DNA of 64,000 bases from Candidatus Moraniibacteriota bacterium (GCA_016182385.1 JACPGV010000011.1:22888-86887), one strand, 5' to 3'; positions 9,491 through 19,540 are shown, numbered from the stretch's first letter. Numbers and translations are program-made. Notes: generated by a model from the sequence alone, not told the origin.

Positions 9491-10267
9491 TTATTTAGAT
9501 TTTATAATGATTTCTGCCGCCTTTCCTACATTTTTTAATAATTCTTTTGAAAGAATCGGTTCTTTTATTTCGGGAATGCTTGGGGCACAAAAAACATCTG
9601 TTGCTTTCGACATGAACAGCCTTTTCGTCTCTTCGTTTATTTCCTTTTCAGAATCAGACGAGATATCAATAATACTTAAAAGAATATTTTGATATGTTTG
9701 CGCTAGCGTTTTCCTATTAGCAAAATCATTCCTAAGTTTAGAAAAATAGGAATATTGCGATGCTGTAAACCAAACTGCACTTATGATAATAAAATCTATC
9801 AAATAAAACTCAAAACGATCATACCAAGCCTTCCCGGAAGCAAAAATTACTGACCAAAAAGTAGACAAGGTGAGCGCGAGCGCACTCAATAAGAGATACT
9901 TACTCCATTCTTTAACATTATCCCCATATTCTTTTTCTTGAATCGCATAAGCAGAAGCCATTTTCTTTAACTCCATGCTATTTATTTGTTCTTGCTTATT
10001 CTTTATTTCTTTTTTTGCATCTGACAATGTAATCTCTAGTTGCTCTTTCTCGTTCTTTCGTTCTTCCTTTTCAGAAGCCAACCTAGCTTCATAATCAGAT
10101 TTACTAGACGACAAATCACTCTCTAACTTTACGAGTTTTTCGCTATCTTTTTCACTCAAAGATTCTAATTCGAGAATCCTTAAATTTGAAGTCTCAAGCT
10201 GCTTTTTTAAATCCTTATTCTCTACTATAACTCCATCATACTTTTCCTTCCATTTAGTTCTTGTCAT
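9491..10267 (-). CDS. hypothetical coiled-coil protein with two central TM helices
   Basis: N-terminal ~110 aa heptad-rich and charged (LKKQLETSNLRILELESL...), two TMs (YLLLSALALTLSTFWSVIFA; YLIDFIIISAVWFTASQY), and a C-terminal soluble tail. Confidence 0.45.
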   Translation of the reverse strand: MTRTKWKEKYDGVIVENKDLKKQLETSNLRILELESLSEKDSEKLVKLESDLSSSKSDYEARLASEKEERKNEKEQLEITLSDAKKEIKNKQEQINSMELKKMASAYAIQEKEYGDNVKEWSKYLLLSALALTLSTFWSVIFASGKAWYDRFEFYLIDFIIISAVWFTASQYSYFSKLRNDFANRKTLAQTYQNILLSIIDISSDSEKEINEETKRLFMSKATDVFCAPSIPEIKEPILSKELLKNVGKAAEIIIKSK

Positions 10268-10339
10268 AAAAAAAATTTAAAATATCATTTGTAGATTTTT
10301 TAAGAGCGAGGAAATGAATCCTCGCTCTTAGTATACTCC

Positions 10340-12247
10340 TTACTTTTTCTCATCGTCAGCTGGTTTGTCTTCAACCTCAGCGTCCTTTGGGGCTTCACCT
10401 GTCGGCTTGGCTTCCCCTGCTGGCTGCTGGGTGGCCTGCGCTTCTTGCGCGGCCTTGTAGAGTTTCTCACCGATCTTTTGCGCCGCTTGCGACAACGTTT
10501 CGGTCGCTTTCTTGATCGCTTCGAGATCGTCGCCATTTTTTACTTTGTTGAGTTCGGTGATCGCTTCTTCGACCGGTTTCTTCTCTTCGGCCGTGATCTT
10601 GTCGCCCGCGTCCTTCATCGCTTTTTCGGTCGTGTAGGAAAGCGTATCGGCCATATTGCGCGCCTCGATCAATTCTTTCTTGCGCTTGTCTTCCTCGGCG
10701 TGGAGTTCGGCGTCTTTTTTCATTCGTTCGATTTCATCCTTGGAAAGCCCTGTGGATGCCTCGATGCGGATATTCTGGCTCTTGCCACTCGCTTTGTCTT
10801 TGGCGGTCACGGTGAGAATACCAGAGGCGTCGATGTCAAAAGTTACTTCCACCTGCGGGATACCACGCGGTGCCGGCGGAATGCCATCCAAAATGAATTG
10901 ACCGAGTGATTTATTGTCGGATGCCATCTCACGTTCACCTTGCAAAACATGGATTTGTACGCTCGGCTGATTGTCTGCCGCCGTGGAAAAGACCTGGCTT
11001 CGTGATACCGGTACGGTCGTGTTACGGTCGATGAGCGGCGTACGCACACCGCCCAGAGTCTCGATACCGAATGTCAAAGGAGTGACATCAAGAAGGAGCA
11101 CGTCTTTTACGGAACCTTCGAGCACGCCGCCTTGGATGGCCGCGCCGGCCGCCACTACTTCATCTGGATTGACAGTGATATTCGGTTTCTTGCCGAAGAA
11201 TTTCTCGACAGACGAAAGCACGAGCGGCATTCTCGTCATACCACCGACCAAGACTACCTCATTGATATCGGAAACGGAAAGCTTGGCATCGGCGAGAGCC
11301 TTTTTGACCGGCTCAAACGACGCTTCGACAAGATCATGAACGAGCTCTTCAAGTTTGGCGCGAGACATCTTGAGAAGAAGATGTTTTGGTCCAGTGCTAT
11401 CTGCTGTAATGAATGGTTGATTGATTTCTGTTTCCTGCGCCGTAGAAAGTTCGATCTTCGCTTTTTCCGCTGATTCTTTGATGCGCTGGAGTGCGAGCGG
11501 ATCTTTGGAAAGATCAATACCTTCCTGTTTCTTGAATTCATCGAGAATGAAATGGATGATACGTTGATCGAAATCATCGCCACCCAAATGCGTGTCACCG
11601 TTCGTTGATTTTACTTCCACGGTGTCTTCGGCTACTTCGAGAATGGAAATATCAAACGTGCCACCACCCAAATCATACACGGCGATCTTCTCATCCTTCT
11701 TTTTATTGAAACCGTAAGCAAGTGCCGCGGCCGTCGGCTCATTGATGATGCGGCGCACGTTGAAACCGGCGATCGTACCCGCTTCCATCGTCGCTTTACG
11801 TTGTGAGTCATCAAAATACGCCGGTACGGTAATCACCGCATCCGTAATTTTCTCACCGAGTTTTTCTTCGGCGTCGGCCTTCAGTTTGGCAAGTACCATC
11901 GCCGAGATTTCCTGTGGCGTGTATTCTTTGCCTCCCATCACGATTTTGACGCCCTCTCCAGCCTGAATAATTTTGTACGGTAATGTTTTTTTGTCGCGTT
12001 GCACTTCTTCGTCATTGAAATGTCGCCCAATGAGTCGCTTCACGGAAAAAAGCGTATTCTCCGGATTGGTGACAGCCTGACGTTTGGCAAGAAGTCCCAC
12101 AAGGCGCTCGCCAGTTTTACTGATGGCAATCATCGACGGTGTCGTCCGATTACCTTCCTTGTTTTCCACAATTGATGGACTGCCGCCCTCTACGATAGCC
12201 ATCGCTGAATTGGTTGTACCGAGATCGATACCAAGTATTTTAGACAT
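10340..12247 (-). CDS. dnaK: molecular chaperone DnaK (Hsp70)
   Basis: [16 protein letters not shown] and [10 protein letters not shown] signatures with full-length Hsp70 architecture and a low-complexity acidic C-terminus. Start trimmed to [14 protein letters not shown] (ATG at 12247); the track's 12328 start would overlap grpE. Confidence 0.95.
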   Translation of the reverse strand: MSKILGIDLGTTNSAMAIVEGGSPSIVENKEGNRTTPSMIAISKTGERLVGLLAKRQAVTNPENTLFSVKRLIGRHFNDEEVQRDKKTLPYKIIQAGEGVKIVMGGKEYTPQEISAMVLAKLKADAEEKLGEKITDAVITVPAYFDDSQRKATMEAGTIAGFNVRRIINEPTAAALAYGFNKKKDEKIAVYDLGGGTFDISILEVAEDTVEVKSTNGDTHLGGDDFDQRIIHFILDEFKKQEGIDLSKDPLALQRIKESAEKAKIELSTAQETEINQPFITADSTGPKHLLLKMSRAKLEELVHDLVEASFEPVKKALADAKLSVSDINEVVLVGGMTRMPLVLSSVEKFFGKKPNITVNPDEVVAAGAAIQGGVLEGSVKDVLLLDVTPLTFGIETLGGVRTPLIDRNTTVPVSRSQVFSTAADNQPSVQIHVLQGEREMASDNKSLGQFILDGIPPAPRGIPQVEVTFDIDASGILTVTAKDKASGKSQNIRIEASTGLSKDEIERMKKDAELHAEEDKRKKELIEARNMADTLSYTTEKAMKDAGDKITAEEKKPVEEAITELNKVKNGDDLEAIKKATETLSQAAQKIGEKLYKAAQEAQATQQPAGEAKPTGEAPKDAEVEDKPADDEKK

Positions 12248-12287
12248 ATATTGTTGCTTAATTGTTTTAGTTATGGATAAAAATATT

Positions 12288-12839
12288 TTATTTGACGACG
12301 ACTTTTGCCGGACGGATGACTCGCTCACCGAAGCGATAGCCTTTCTGAATCACTTTCGCGATCATGTGTTGATCGTTTTCTTTTTGCTTGGCGTTTTCTG
12401 CTCCTTGCTCGCTATCCAGAGCCTCATGAATCTTCGGATCAAATACTTCCCCCTCCTGCACCTCTATCATCGAAACCCCATTGTCCGTGAGAACGGTCTC
12501 GAGCTGCTTCTCGATGTACTGGATACCGACGACCCATGGACTGTCTTTTTGCTCCGGTGGAACGTGAAGTGTCGCTTGACGGAAGTTGTCGAGAACCGGA
12601 ACGATATCGAGAACAAGTTTTTCTATAAGATACCCACCGAGTTCTTTCTGCTGAGCCGCCTGCCGTTTCTTGTAATTCTCGAACTCCGCCTGACAACGCC
12701 TGAGATCATTGAGATATTCCGTAGCGAGCGCTTCAGGAATCTTTTCTTGTGAGTCAGTCGTTGATTTCGCTATGGTTTCCTCTTTGTCTTCTATCACGTT
12801 TTTTTCTTCTTCCTGGATTTTTTTCTTTTTTTCCGTCAT
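12288..12839 (-). CDS. grpE: nucleotide exchange factor GrpE
   Basis: 183 aa; long N-terminal charged helix and C-terminal beta domain; lies between hrcA and dnaK as in the canonical operon. Confidence 0.85.
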   Translation of the reverse strand: MTEKKKKIQEEEKNVIEDKEETIAKSTTDSQEKIPEALATEYLNDLRRCQAEFENYKKRQAAQQKELGGYLIEKLVLDIVPVLDNFRQATLHVPPEQKDSPWVVGIQYIEKQLETVLTDNGVSMIEVQEGEVFDPKIHEALDSEQGAENAKQKENDQHMIAKVIQKGYRFGERVIRPAKVVVK

Positions 12840-12849
12840 AAAACGATAC

Positions 12850-13614
12850 TTAGTATAAAAAATAAATTATTTTTCCCGATAACACCACCAACGAAAGTGA
12901 TGACGAACTCTTGAGTAATTTTTTCATATATTCGATAAGGGATTTGTTCTTGGCATAATCCATTCGTTTGGGGCCGATGATGGCGAGCATTCCTTTTTCG
13001 CCCTCCTTGTTCTGATACGGCGCGACAATCATCGAACAATTATCGATACCAGAAATAGGATTTTCGTTCCCGATAAAAATACGTGTTTCGTCATCTTTCA
13101 GTTTTATCATAATATCGTCGAGCTTCTCGTCGAGTGAATCAAGCGTTTCCACCAATCGACAGAGTTCATCGATTTCTTGAAATTCCGGCTTCCCGATCAA
13201 TTCACGCATTCCGAAATCATAAAATTCTTCCTTATCGACAATACCGGAAACAGCGAGATTACCTGAAAGCGCGGAAAGGAGTTTGGCAGTCGTGCGACCG
13301 AGACGTTGATGCTTCGCTTTGAGCGTAAGAAGTTCTTTTTGCAGATGACGCTGATCCTCCCGAGAAAGATCTTCATCGCCCATCATTTCCTCGACATACG
13401 TACGATACCCGCTATCAGTTGGGATGCGACCGGCGCTCGTATGTGGCTGGTACAGATAACCCTCTTCTTCAAGTTTCACCATATCATTCCGTAATGTCGC
13501 CGAAGAAACAGGAAATTCAAAGTGTTCGAGAAGAACCTGCGACCCCACCGGAAGCGCGGTCTTGGTATAGAGCTCGACAATGGCCGAGAGCACTTGTTTT
13601 TGGCGTGAATTCAT
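12850..13614 (-). CDS. hrcA: heat-inducible transcription repressor HrcA
   Basis: N-terminal wHTH (RQKQVLSAIVELYTKTALPVGSQVL); ~255 aa; directly downstream of a CIRCE element. Start trimmed to MNSRQKQ (ATG at 13614) because the track's 13698 start would run through CIRCE. Confidence 0.85.
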   Translation of the reverse strand: MNSRQKQVLSAIVELYTKTALPVGSQVLLEHFEFPVSSATLRNDMVKLEEEGYLYQPHTSAGRIPTDSGYRTYVEEMMGDEDLSREDQRHLQKELLTLKAKHQRLGRTTAKLLSALSGNLAVSGIVDKEEFYDFGMRELIGKPEFQEIDELCRLVETLDSLDEKLDDIMIKLKDDETRIFIGNENPISGIDNCSMIVAPYQNKEGEKGMLAIIGPKRMDYAKNKSLIEYMKKLLKSSSSLSLVVLSGKIIYFLY

Positions 13615-13691
13615 AAAAATCTTTTCATTGTTCTCCTCTTTACTCCCTTTTTTATAAAAAATAGAGGTACAACTCCAGTATAAAATACTAT

Positions 13692-13718
13692 TTAGCACTC
13701 TGTCAAGTGGAGTGCTAA
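13692..13718. promoter_or_regulatory. CIRCE operator (HrcA binding site) of the hrcA-grpE-dnaK operon
   Basis: Perfect inverted repeat TTAGCACTC-N9-GAGTGCTAA (TTAGCACTCtgtcaagtgGAGTGCTAA), ~75 nt upstream of the hrcA start. Confidence 0.9.
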
Positions 13719-13807
13719 TAGCTTTAAAACCTTTTTATCGAGGCCTTATCTCCGCCAAATATCGATCGAGTTCAAAAATGCTCTTTCTTATTTTTATCAT
13801 CACTCCT

Positions 13808-13855
13808 TAAAGAAAAAAACAAAAAAGTCAGGCGTGATTTCACATCTGACTTTCA
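13808..13855 (-). terminator. intrinsic terminator (minus strand) separating the yidD unit from the hrcA promoter
   Basis: On the minus strand, hairpin GUCAG-AUGUGAAAUCACGC-CUGAC followed by UUUUUUGUUUUUUU. Confidence 0.45.
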
Positions 13856-13925
13856 TTTTTGCACAACACCCCTCCACCGCCCATATCATACGAAATGATT
13901 GAGCGATATTATAAATACCAGTCAC

Positions 13926-14120
13926 TTACATGGCAAAAAGATGTTCATGTAGTTTCTGGCATTCGCCGCGTTCTTCGCAGCAAAGACACAGCGGATTGCC
14001 ACAACAGTAGCTTTCCGCTACATCCGAGAGTAACACACAGTCACCCTCTTTTCGGCAAAAAACCCCCGATTCGTCAGAAACGGGCAAAAAAACAGGCGTT
14101 CTTTCGTTTATGTACATCAT
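13926..14120 (-). CDS. small Cys-rich hypothetical protein (~64 aa)
   Basis: Strong SD AAGGAGGGU immediately upstream of ATG(14120). Product MMYINERTPVFLPVSDESGVFCRKEGDCVLLSDVAESYCCGNPLCLCCEERGECQKLHEHLFAM has 8 Cys. The ORF track's longer GTG-initiated form (to 14234) lacks an RBS. Confidence 0.3.
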   Translation of the reverse strand: MMYINERTPVFLPVSDESGVFCRKEGDCVLLSDVAESYCCGNPLCLCCEERGECQKLHEHLFAM

Positions 14121-14127
14121 ACCCTCC

Positions 14128-14328
14128 TTAACGTTGAAGAATTTTTCTATGATACCGGCAGTACCGAGCATCATGACCGCGCTTCCTCCCGTAACAAACA
14201 TGGGGGGGTATTTTACCTGTTTCGAGACAGGCACCTGCTTGAATCCTCAGTAAGCTAACCGGGAGTGGTTGAGGGAACAACTCGACCCCAAAAACACTGA
14301 GGAAGACTAAAACCCCGTCTGAATTCAT
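14128..14328 (-). CDS. small hypothetical protein (66 aa)
   Basis: SD AAAGGAGCUCAA-AUG upstream; hydrophobic N-terminus and basic Cys/His-rich C-terminus; immediately downstream of yidD and upstream of the Cys-rich ORF (possible translational coupling). Confidence 0.3.
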   Translation of the reverse strand: MNSDGVLVFLSVFGVELFPQPLPVSLLRIQAGACLETGKIPPHVCYGRKRGHDARYCRYHRKILQR

Positions 14329-14355
14329 TTGAGCTCCTTTCTTTTGTTAAAAAAC

Positions 14356-14613
14356 TCACGCGACTGGATCGTTTCCTCCGTCGCTCCATGGGTGGCAACG
14401 CAAAACACGTTTCAGGCCTTTACCGCCACCGCGTATGACGCCATACTTCTCTATAGCTTCATACGTATAAGCGCTACAGGTGGGATGAAAACGACAAAAT
14501 CTCTCCCCGAAAACTTTCCCAATAATCCCATGATCAAACGAGAGTGTTTTCTGATACAAAGAAATAAGAAAAAGAATAAGTCGTTTCACAATCGATAGTG
14601 AGATCTGTTTCAC
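14356..14613 (-). CDS. yidD: membrane protein insertion efficiency factor YidD
   Basis: 85 aa; conserved [19 protein letters not shown] motif. Confidence 0.85.
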   Translation of the reverse strand: MKQISLSIVKRLILFLISLYQKTLSFDHGIIGKVFGERFCRFHPTCSAYTYEAIEKYGVIRGGGKGLKRVLRCHPWSDGGNDPVA

Positions 14614-14695
14614 AGCATACGCCTCTTCTTTCTTTTGTCAATTGATTTTGATATACTGATACCATGTTTCATGCGAGTCGAGTCAAAATAAAAAA

Positions 14696-15604
14696 ATGAA
14701 AACCATCACACATAAAAAAATCACTTGGATTGATTTTGAAAGTCCTGAGGACGATGATATCACCTATCTTCAGGAAAACTTCAATATTCACCCCCTGGCG
14801 ATAGAGGAGCTTGTCACGCCCACCTACCAACCAAAAGTCGTCCAATACGAAAATTGCCTTTTTCTTTCAATTCATATTCCTCTTTTTGATGTCGAACATC
14901 GGACAACATACCCCGGTGAACTCGATATTATTCTGACAAGCGATCACCTCATCACCAGTCATAGTCAAAATATCTATCAAATCACGAAATTTTTTGAAAG
15001 CTTGGAAAAAAGCGAAGGAAAAAGACGATTAACCCTCGAAAAAACACCGTCTCATCTTCTTCATCATCTTTTGGAAATTCTTCTCAATTCCTGTTTTCCG
15101 CGTCTCAATCATATCAGTGAAAAACTTGATTTTATTGAAAACCAAGTTTTTGCCGAAAAAGAAAAGGAGATGGTGTTTGAAATTTCCGTACTCAAACGTG
15201 ATATCCTCAATTTCCGACGCACACTCAAACCGCAACGTTCGATTCTTGAATCAATCATCCAAAAAGATCATCCGTTTATTCCAATAGAAACCAAAATCTA
15301 TTTTCAGGATTTGATCGGTACCAATATTCGCCTTTGGAATATCCTCGAAAGTCAAAAAGAAACCATCGAAGCGCTAGAAGCGACCAATAACTCGCTTCTT
15401 TCCAACAAGCTTGATCTTACGATGAAAGTGCTCACAATTTTCTCCGCGGTCTTGTTGCCGATGACCGTCTACTCCAACATGCTTGCTATGAGCGCCCAAA
15501 TCCCATTCGGCAATAATCCGCATGCCTTTTGGATTCATTTCAGTTTGATGCTTCTTCTTTCGTTGGTTACTATTGCCATTTTCAGAACAAAAAAGTGGCT
15601 CTAG
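14696..15604 (+). CDS. CorA-family divalent cation transporter (non-canonical pore motif)
   Basis: ~300 aa; cytoplasmic N-domain plus two C-terminal TMs (LTIFSAVLLPMTVYSNMLAM / WIHFSLMLLLSLVTIAIF); the position equivalent to YGMN reads YSNM. Confidence 0.65.
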   Translation: MKTITHKKITWIDFESPEDDDITYLQENFNIHPLAIEELVTPTYQPKVVQYENCLFLSIHIPLFDVEHRTTYPGELDIILTSDHLITSHSQNIYQITKFFESLEKSEGKRRLTLEKTPSHLLHHLLEILLNSCFPRLNHISEKLDFIENQVFAEKEKEMVFEISVLKRDILNFRRTLKPQRSILESIIQKDHPFIPIETKIYFQDLIGTNIRLWNILESQKETIEALEATNNSLLSNKLDLTMKVLTIFSAVLLPMTVYSNMLAMSAQIPFGNNPHAFWIHFSLMLLLSLVTIAIFRTKKWL

Positions 15605-15640
15605 GGAGATCGTTCCATTGACTTCGCGCACCATACGAGT

Positions 15641-15664
15641 GAGGGGACAATCCCCTCTTTTTTG
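15641..15664 (+). terminator. intrinsic terminator after corA-like gene
   Basis: GAGGGGA-CAA-UCCCCUC followed by UUUUUU. Confidence 0.5.
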
Positions 15665-15710
15665 TGATATTATGACTTTATCCATTCGTAATCGTTGATT
15701 TTTTCCTGTT

Positions 15711-17114
15711 ATGCGTTTGTATAATACCCTCACCAAACAAAAAGAAAACTTCGAGCCTGTCCAAAAAGGAAAAGTCGGTATGTATACGTGCGGACCGACG
15801 GTGTATGGCTATATTCATATCGGCAATATTCGCACATATGTTTTTGCCGATACTCTGCGCCGTGTTCTCGAAGACCAAGGGTATGAGGTACGTATGATCA
15901 AAAATATCACCGATGTCGGTCACCTCACGGCTGACGATATCGCCCAAGGTGATAGCGGTGAAGATAAAATCGAAAAAAAAGCGCGTGCCGAAAAAAAGAC
16001 ACCGGAGGAAATTGTCGCTTTTTATGAAACGTATTTTCACGAGACAGAGTCGGCCATGAACATTTTACCGGCGCATTATTTTCCCCGCGCCACGGCGCAC
16101 GTCGCCCAAATGATCAAACTTATCCAAGCACTCATCGATCGAGGACACGCGTATGAAAAAAATGGGAACGTTTTTCTTGATGTGACGTCTTTTCCGACGT
16201 ACGGCGCTCTCTCCGGCAATACGCTTGACCATCTCAAAGTCGGCGCTCGTCTTGAAGAACACCCTGACAAGAAAAATCCTTGGGATTTCGCGCTCTGGCT
16301 CAAAGCGCCAAAAGATCATCTTATGCATTGGCCAAGTCCGTGGAGCGAAGGATACCCGGGCTGGCATATTGAATGTTCGGCAATGAGCATGGAGTATCTT
16401 GGTGATACACTCGATATTCATACTGGCGGCGAAGACAACATCTTTCCCCATCACGAAGCTGAGATCGTTCAATCTGAAGGTGTAACCGAAAAACCGTTTG
16501 TTCGTTATTGGCTTCATGGTCGTCATCTTCTTGTTGATGGAGAAAAAATGTCAAAATCCAAAGGAAATGTTTATACTTTGGAAGATATTATCGCCAAGGG
16601 ATATTCCCCCATGGATTTTCGTCTTCTTATCATCGGCGCGCACTATCGTGGTCAAATGAATTTTACTTGGGAAACACTCGAGCAAGCAAAACGAAACAAA
16701 GAAACGCTTTTTGGCACCGCAAAACGACTAAGCGCCCGAGCAGAAACAAATGATGGTTTTTCCGGTGAAGATTTTCTTGATCGTATCCGCAAGGCAATAC
16801 AAGATGATCTCAACACCCCCGAAGCACTTGCCCTAGCGCTTGAATTTTGCAAAAAAATAAATACCCTTCTTGATAAAAACGAACCCGTAGAGAGCGAATC
16901 GTTACGAACGATATTTGAAAAAATATTTTTCCTTTTCGGACTTATCATCGAAAAAGAAACTATCCCTGAAGAAATTGAAATCTTGGCAAGGCAACGAGAA
17001 GACGCTCGTCAAAAGAAAGATTTTGCCGAATCCGATCGTTTACGTGACGTTCTTGCCGCTCAAGGTTATCGAGTCGAAGACACCACCATTGGTTACCGTC
17101 TCAAAAAATCCTGA
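15711..17114 (+). CDS. cysS: cysteine--tRNA ligase
   Basis: HIGH motif ([11 protein letters not shown]), KMSKS (KMSKSKGN) and zinc-binding Cys (CGPTVYG...HIECS); 467 aa. Confidence 0.95.
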   Translation: MRLYNTLTKQKENFEPVQKGKVGMYTCGPTVYGYIHIGNIRTYVFADTLRRVLEDQGYEVRMIKNITDVGHLTADDIAQGDSGEDKIEKKARAEKKTPEEIVAFYETYFHETESAMNILPAHYFPRATAHVAQMIKLIQALIDRGHAYEKNGNVFLDVTSFPTYGALSGNTLDHLKVGARLEEHPDKKNPWDFALWLKAPKDHLMHWPSPWSEGYPGWHIECSAMSMEYLGDTLDIHTGGEDNIFPHHEAEIVQSEGVTEKPFVRYWLHGRHLLVDGEKMSKSKGNVYTLEDIIAKGYSPMDFRLLIIGAHYRGQMNFTWETLEQAKRNKETLFGTAKRLSARAETNDGFSGEDFLDRIRKAIQDDLNTPEALALALEFCKKINTLLDKNEPVESESLRTIFEKIFFLFGLIIEKETIPEEIEILARQREDARQKKDFAESDRLRDVLAAQGYRVEDTTIGYRLKKS

Positions 17115-17159
17115 CAACCTATCAAAATACCTTATAAAAAGGCTCTCAGAAAGTTTAAA

Positions 17160-17192
17160 GCCGAGTCTGGTGTTCCAGCACTCGGCTTTTCT
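17160..17192 (+). terminator. intrinsic terminator after cysS
   Basis: GCCGAGU-cugguguuccagc-ACUCGGC followed by UUUU. Confidence 0.5.
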
Positions 17193-17526
17193 TGGCGGCA
17201 AAATTATTATTGTTCTTGCCACCATCCTCCCGGCATCTCCGAATAGAGCATTTGCTCCTCGGAGACGCGAATGTTGTCCCTTTTTACGGCGCTTTTTCTG
17301 TCGCGCACTTTTTTTTCTTGAAAAAAATCCTTGACCTTCGCCAAAATTTTTTTCATTTTTTTCTCCTTTTTTTGATTTCTCAATGTATCACCAACAAATC
17401 GTTCATAACTTGTTGGTAACACCCCGTTACAATCATGTATTATACTCTCATTTTGCCGTTTTGTCAAGATTACCTCTTTAACGGAAAATGGCTATAATAA
17501 GAAGGCTTTTTATCGTATTTTACCGT

Positions 17527-18882
17527 ATGTCGAAGACAACCGAACATCTCCGCGTCCCCCCACATAATCTCGAAGCCGAAACATCTGTTCTCGGCTCTTT
17601 GATGCTCGACAAAGACGCTATTATCAAAGTAGCGGATCTCCTCAAGGTTGGTGATTTTTATAAAGACGATCACAACTTGATCTACGAGACGATGCTTGCT
17701 CTCTACGAAGAACGTGAACCAATCGACGTACTCTCTCTCGCCAACAAACTTGAAGAAAAGAGTCAGCTAGAACGTGTCGGTGGATCGAGTTATCTTGCTT
17801 CTCTTGTCAATTCTGTTCCCTCGGCGACCAATGTCACGCACTACGCCAAAGTCGTTCAAAAGAAAGTTCTCTTGCGTCGTCTTATCGCCGCCGCGAGTGA
17901 CATCGTTGAAATGGGTTATGACGAGTCCGAAGACGTGCAGAAACTTCTCGACGAAGCGGAACAAAAAGTTTTTGCTGTTTCGCAAAAATATATCAAACAA
18001 GATTTCGTACCGATCAAGTCTATTCTCGAAGCCGCTTTCGATCGTATTGATGAACTTCACAAAAGCGATCATGCCTTTCGTGGTGTACAAACGCATTTTC
18101 CCGACCTTGATAATATTCTCGCCGGTCTACAAAAATCCGACCTGCTTATTCTCGCCGCCCGCCCTTCTGTCGGTAAAACGACTTTCGCCCTCGATATCGC
18201 CCGTCAAGTGGGCGTGCACGCCAAAGTCCCTGTCGGTATTTTTTCTTTGGAGATGTCTTCGGATCAATTGGTCGATCGTATGATCGCCGCTCAAGCCGGA
18301 GTTGATCTCTGGCGCTTGCGTACTGGCAAACTTTCAAGCGAAGGTCCCAATAATGATTTTGAACGCATCTCCGATGCCATGGGAGTTCTTTCTGAAGCGC
18401 CTATTTTCATTGATGACACTGGCTCACTCAATATTATGGAAATGCGTACCATGGCGCGTCGTCTCCAAGCCGAACACAATCTCGGGCTCATTATTGTCGA
18501 TTATCTCCAGCTTATGGAAGGTCGTAGTCGTCAGGGTGACAATCGCGTACAAGAAATATCGGAAATCTCCCGCGGTTTGAAACAGCTCGCTCGCGAACTC
18601 AATATTCCGCTCATCGCCCTTTCCCAATTGTCTCGTGCTGTCGAATCACGCCCCGATCAGATACCAAAACTCTCCGACCTCCGCGAATCCGGTTCGATCG
18701 AACAAGATGCCGACGTAGTAATGTTTCTTTATCGTGAAGATCGCGTCAAACCGGATACCCCCAACAAAAATATCGCTGATATCATCGTCGCCAAACACCG
18801 TAACGGCCCCGTGGGCAAGATCCAACTTTACTTCGAGGAAAATTCAACGACGTTCAAATCGCTCGAGAAAATACACGGGTAA
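17527..18882 (+). CDS. dnaB: replicative DNA helicase DnaB
   Basis: N-terminal PPHNLEAETSVLGSL, Walker A ARPSVGKTTFAL, Walker B IIVDYLQLM, arginine finger region. Start set at MSKTTEHL; the track's 17488 start adds an implausible hydrophobic 13 aa. Confidence 0.9.
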   Translation: MSKTTEHLRVPPHNLEAETSVLGSLMLDKDAIIKVADLLKVGDFYKDDHNLIYETMLALYEEREPIDVLSLANKLEEKSQLERVGGSSYLASLVNSVPSATNVTHYAKVVQKKVLLRRLIAAASDIVEMGYDESEDVQKLLDEAEQKVFAVSQKYIKQDFVPIKSILEAAFDRIDELHKSDHAFRGVQTHFPDLDNILAGLQKSDLLILAARPSVGKTTFALDIARQVGVHAKVPVGIFSLEMSSDQLVDRMIAAQAGVDLWRLRTGKLSSEGPNNDFERISDAMGVLSEAPIFIDDTGSLNIMEMRTMARRLQAEHNLGLIIVDYLQLMEGRSRQGDNRVQEISEISRGLKQLARELNIPLIALSQLSRAVESRPDQIPKLSDLRESGSIEQDADVVMFLYREDRVKPDTPNKNIADIIVAKHRNGPVGKIQLYFEENSTTFKSLEKIHG

Positions 18883-18943
18883 AACAAAATCGGAAATCTC
18901 CTTTCCGGGTTTCCCATCAACATAAAAAACGAAAAAACTCCGT

Positions 18944-19540
18944 ATGCAATATCCCAAAGTTTTTCAATCGCTTATCGCGCATTTTTCTTCCTTGCCATCG
19001 GTCGGTCCCAAAATGGCCGAGCGTATTGTCCTGTATCTTTTCAAACAAGATCAAGAAAAATTAAATGGTTTTGCCGAAAGTCTCGAAGCGCTTCACAGTC
19101 TCAAAAGCTGTACTCGTTGTTTTCACATCGCCGAAAGTGATCTGTGTACCATGTGCTCCGATAATGGGCGAGCAGTCAAGGTTATTTGCCTTGTCGAAGA
19201 ACCGCTCGATGTCATCGCCATCGAACGAACAGGGAGTTACCGTGGTCTTTATCATGTCTTGGGTGGGTTGATCGAGAGTGGCAAAAGCGACAACAGCGGT
19301 AATCTGCGCATCAAAGAACTCCTTCGTCGCGTGGAAAATGATGACGTGGAAGAAGTCATTCTTGCTACCAATCCGACCACCGAAGGCGATCTTACAGCGC
19401 TCTACATCAAAAAGAAACTCGAACCCTACAAGATCAAAGTCACCAGACTGGCTCGCGGCATGGCAACCGGTGGCGATATTGAATACGCCGATGAATTGAC
19501 ACTTACTGCCTCATTGACAAACAGAAAAGATTTGGTATAA
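18944..19540 (+). CDS. recR: recombination protein RecR
   Basis: N-terminal HhH (LPSVGPKMAERI), C4 zinc finger (CTRCFH...CTMCSD) and Toprim domain; 198 aa. Confidence 0.9.
   Translation: MQYPKVFQSLIAHFSSLPSVGPKMAERIVLYLFKQDQEKLNGFAESLEALHSLKSCTRCFHIAESDLCTMCSDNGRAVKVICLVEEPLDVIAIERTGSYRGLYHVLGGLIESGKSDNSGNLRIKELLRRVENDDVEEVILATNPTTEGDLTALYIKKKLEPYKIKVTRLARGMATGGDIEYADELTLTASLTNRKDLV

Noticed and set aside
10300-10332. Hairpin AAGAGCGAGG-aaatgaat-CCTCGCTCTT just past dnaK
   Set aside because: It is flanked by a T-run on the 5' side (plus strand) and an A-run on the minus strand, so it is not a canonical intrinsic terminator for the minus-strand dnaK. It could still be a stabilising stem, so it is not annotated.
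10445-12752. Multiple ORFs antisense to or overlapping dnaK/grpE (10445-10909, 10971-11339, 11132-11473, 11254-11598, 11742-11966, 12084-12752, 12439-12696)
   Set aside because: These are shadow ORFs inside a highly conserved Hsp70 gene. They are Arg/Ser-rich and show no conserved features.
12850-13698. Longer annotated starts for several genes (hrcA 13698, pgk 29197, gmd 52999, rplU 20352, dnaK 12328, queA 38842, AbiEii 40258, radical SAM 59692)
   Set aside because: The extensions overlap upstream genes or regulatory elements (CIRCE) and precede highly conserved N-terminal motifs. Internal ATGs matching canonical protein N-termini were used instead.
13859-14131. 90-aa plus-strand Pro-rich ORF
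   Set aside because: Antisense to the SD-preceded small ORFs downstream of yidD. The N-terminus is low-complexity (PPPP) and there is no RBS.
17192-17487. ORFs in the cysS-dnaB intergenic region (17192-17419 plus; 17207-17467 minus)
   Set aside because: The region is T/A homopolymer-rich and low-complexity. It more likely holds the cysS terminator and a dnaB promoter (candidate TTGGTA...N19...TATTAT near 17405-17440, spacing suboptimal) than coding sequence.
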